Origin: an uncultured bacterium
Lineage (GTDB): Bacteria; Patescibacteriota; Minisyncoccia; UBA6257; 2-01-FULL-56-20
Assembly (NCBI GenBank): GCA_963718575.1
Contig: OY970358.1
Span: 642,172 to 706,171, forward strand
Direction of reading: 5' to 3'
DNA: 64,000 nucleotides
The stretch's first letter is position 1. Every line of letters starts with the position of its first letter. Below, piece by piece: positions 62,509 to 64,000 of the stretch. A model generated the notes under the pieces. That model was not told where the DNA came from. It worked only from the letters and a program-made list of their open reading frames with translations, and made no database searches. Position numbers and translations under genes: made by a program.

Positions 62509-62614
62509 GATCTGTGTTTGTACTTTGCGGGGACGTGTCACGGTCTGCTGACCGCGCGCTTACGCTCGGCATCTTCGTGCCTTCGCGAAGCCCCTCAAAG
62601 CACAAACACAGATC
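62509..62614 (+). repeat. Core-plus-unique-arms element, copy D (same orientation as A and B)
   Basis: 19-bp arms 62509-62527 / 62596-62614, one mismatch. Confidence 0.9.
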
Positions 62615-62661
62615 TCATTTCTGATCTACAATCAGAAATCCAAACAAAAAGGCGGCGGGGC

Positions 62662-62778
62662 GCTGCTCATATTTTTGTGTTTCGAAGAGTGTCTCGGAGC
62701 CGCGAAGGCGGCGAGAGCCAAGGCGGCCAGCCAGTAGGCTGGAACGCCGTCCCTGAGAAATATAAAAATATGAGCAGC
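62662..62778 (+). repeat. Core-plus-unique-arms element, copy E (same orientation as C)
   Basis: 22-bp arms 62662-62683 / 62757-62778, two G-T pairs. Confidence 0.88.
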
Positions 62779-62795
62779 ACCACGAACGGCTTTTT

Positions 62796-62916
62796 GATGT
62801 CGGTGCTTCATTCGGGCGTGCCCCACCTCTTCCCATTCCGAACAGAGAAGTGAAAGCGTCCCAATCCCATGATACTTGCGGGTTCGCCTGCGGGGAAAGT
62901 AGGATGTGCCGACATC
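62796..62916 (+). rRNA. rrf: 5S rRNA (ends approximate)
   Basis: CCCATTCCGAAAC-like CCCATTCCGAACAGAGAAGTGAA, GGGAAAGTAGG; helix I GATGTCGG/CCGACATC. Confidence 0.92.
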
Positions 62917-62945
62917 AAAGTGCCGTTAAAGATAATTGATAAAAA

Positions 62946-62985
62946 GAAAGACGCTGCGCATTAATTTGCGTGGCGTCTTTTTGTT
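62946..62985 (+). terminator. rRNA operon terminator
   Basis: AAAGACGCTGCGCA-TTAATT-TGCGTGGCGTCTTTTT. Confidence 0.8.
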
Positions 62986-62993
62986 TTGCGGCA

Positions 62994-63386
62994 CTACGGC
63001 TCGATCCATGTCGCATAGGCGGCGATGAGGGGATTCCCAGATCGGTCAATAAACTCGCTTGCCCTGCTAACCGTCCATCCTTTGACAGCAGAGGAACTCG
63101 GTCGGATTTTGTATCGTGCCCGGTCTTCTTCTTGGGATGCTTCGGAATATAGCAACAGTTCTAGAGCCATCGCTCGCTGGTTAAGTTGGCAAGGGAGCGG
63201 GTTACTTCCGGCAAACACTTCTTTTCCTAAAAGTCGGATAGAGCAATCCATTCCCGAAATTGGTTTTACGTGGCCAAAGTACGGTCCAACCTTTCCGCCG
63301 CTGGCAAATAGAAGACATTCAGTCAGTGTTGAAAGGTCATACCCTTGACCAATGACATACGACGGAGCTAAAAGGATTTCTATCAT
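62994..63386 (-). CDS. Hypothetical protein
   Basis: GGAGG SD, 130-aa ORF. Confidence 0.5.
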   Translation of the reverse strand: MIEILLAPSYVIGQGYDLSTLTECLLFASGGKVGPYFGHVKPISGMDCSIRLLGKEVFAGSNPLPCQLNQRAMALELLLYSEASQEEDRARYKIRPSSSAVKGWTVSRASEFIDRSGNPLIAAYATWIEP

Positions 63387-63469
63387 ACTCTACCTCCGTA
63401 GAAAATATATATCGCAGGGTTGTTGACGTCAATCAAGACAATGTCCTTCTCATCCTCTATAATGAATAC

Positions 63470-64000
63470 ATGTCCACTCGCCGCGCAAAGCAACTCCTCT
63501 ACGGCACGCTCTACGTGTTGATCGTGCTGATCGTTTTCGCCGGCATTTATTTTGTGGTTGTGCATCCGTTCATCGTTGCGTCTACGCCCGTGGGATGCAC
63601 GCCGAACACCTGCGCGCCGACGAGCACGGCGTGGGTCGTGGCGGGGCCGGCGCCACTGCTCACGTTCACCACGAGTCCGGGTCACTATTCCTTCCTTGCG
63701 CAAGTGACGAATCAAGATGCCGACTACGGCGCGCAGGTGATTGATTATGCGATCGACCTCGATGACGCCTCCGGCACGGTGTTGCAATCAATTCCTGCGC
63801 AGTCGTTCATCTATCCGTCGCAGACGAAATATTTGGCGGTGTTGAATCAGGCGGTGGCGCAACCATTCGATCACGCGACGCTCGTCACGACCGGTGCGTC
63901 GTGGCTTACGAGTTCGACGATCGGCACGATCCCGGCGATCGCGCCGGGCCAGTTCGCGTTGCAGAATATCCAAACGAGCGTCGGGTCCACGACGGTCGCC
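63470..64000 (+). CDS. Single-TM exported protein, partial (runs off window)
   Basis: TATAAT-6nt-ATG; MSTRRAKQLLYG, TM, open to window end. Confidence 0.75.
   Translation, partial: MSTRRAKQLLYGTLYVLIVLIVFAGIYFVVVHPFIVASTPVGCTPNTCAPTSTAWVVAGPAPLLTFTTSPGHYSFLAQVTNQDADYGAQVIDYAIDLDDASGTVLQSIPAQSFIYPSQTKYLAVLNQAVAQPFDHATLVTTGASWLTSSTIGTIPAIAPGQFALQNIQTSVGSTTVA

Overview
Bacterial chromosome window that I infer to be Patescibacteria/CPR (Parcubacteria-like), from gene content, intron-rich unlinked 23S rRNA and mostly SD-less genes. It uses genetic code 11, since TGA ends several clear genes. From start to end it holds: HtrA C-terminus, clpB, a wHTH gene carrying its own repeats, a 1194-aa S-layer-like protein, HU, dcd-thyX-tmk, an ECF sigma locus, comF plus a type IV pilus cluster (many frameshifts at 21.8-26.4 kb), a large Cys-rich adhesin, ligA, gatCA, murD, a monomeric mitochondrial-type PheRS, CCA-adding enzyme, dut, five tRNAs, and a 23S-5S operon without 16S that carries three group I introns, one with a LAGLIDADG gene. 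The most notable unexplained structures are four: (1) five copies of a ~65-nt covarying, modular two-hairpin core, each flanked by its own 18-30 bp inverted arms that appear copied from host sequence; (2) a wHTH gene whose promoter spacer and coding region carry the same CGGCAA repeat array; (3) tRNA-tailored downstream elements that contain an antisense copy of the cognate T-arm; (4) pervasive leaderless-type promoters. All calls are by eye, with no database searches.
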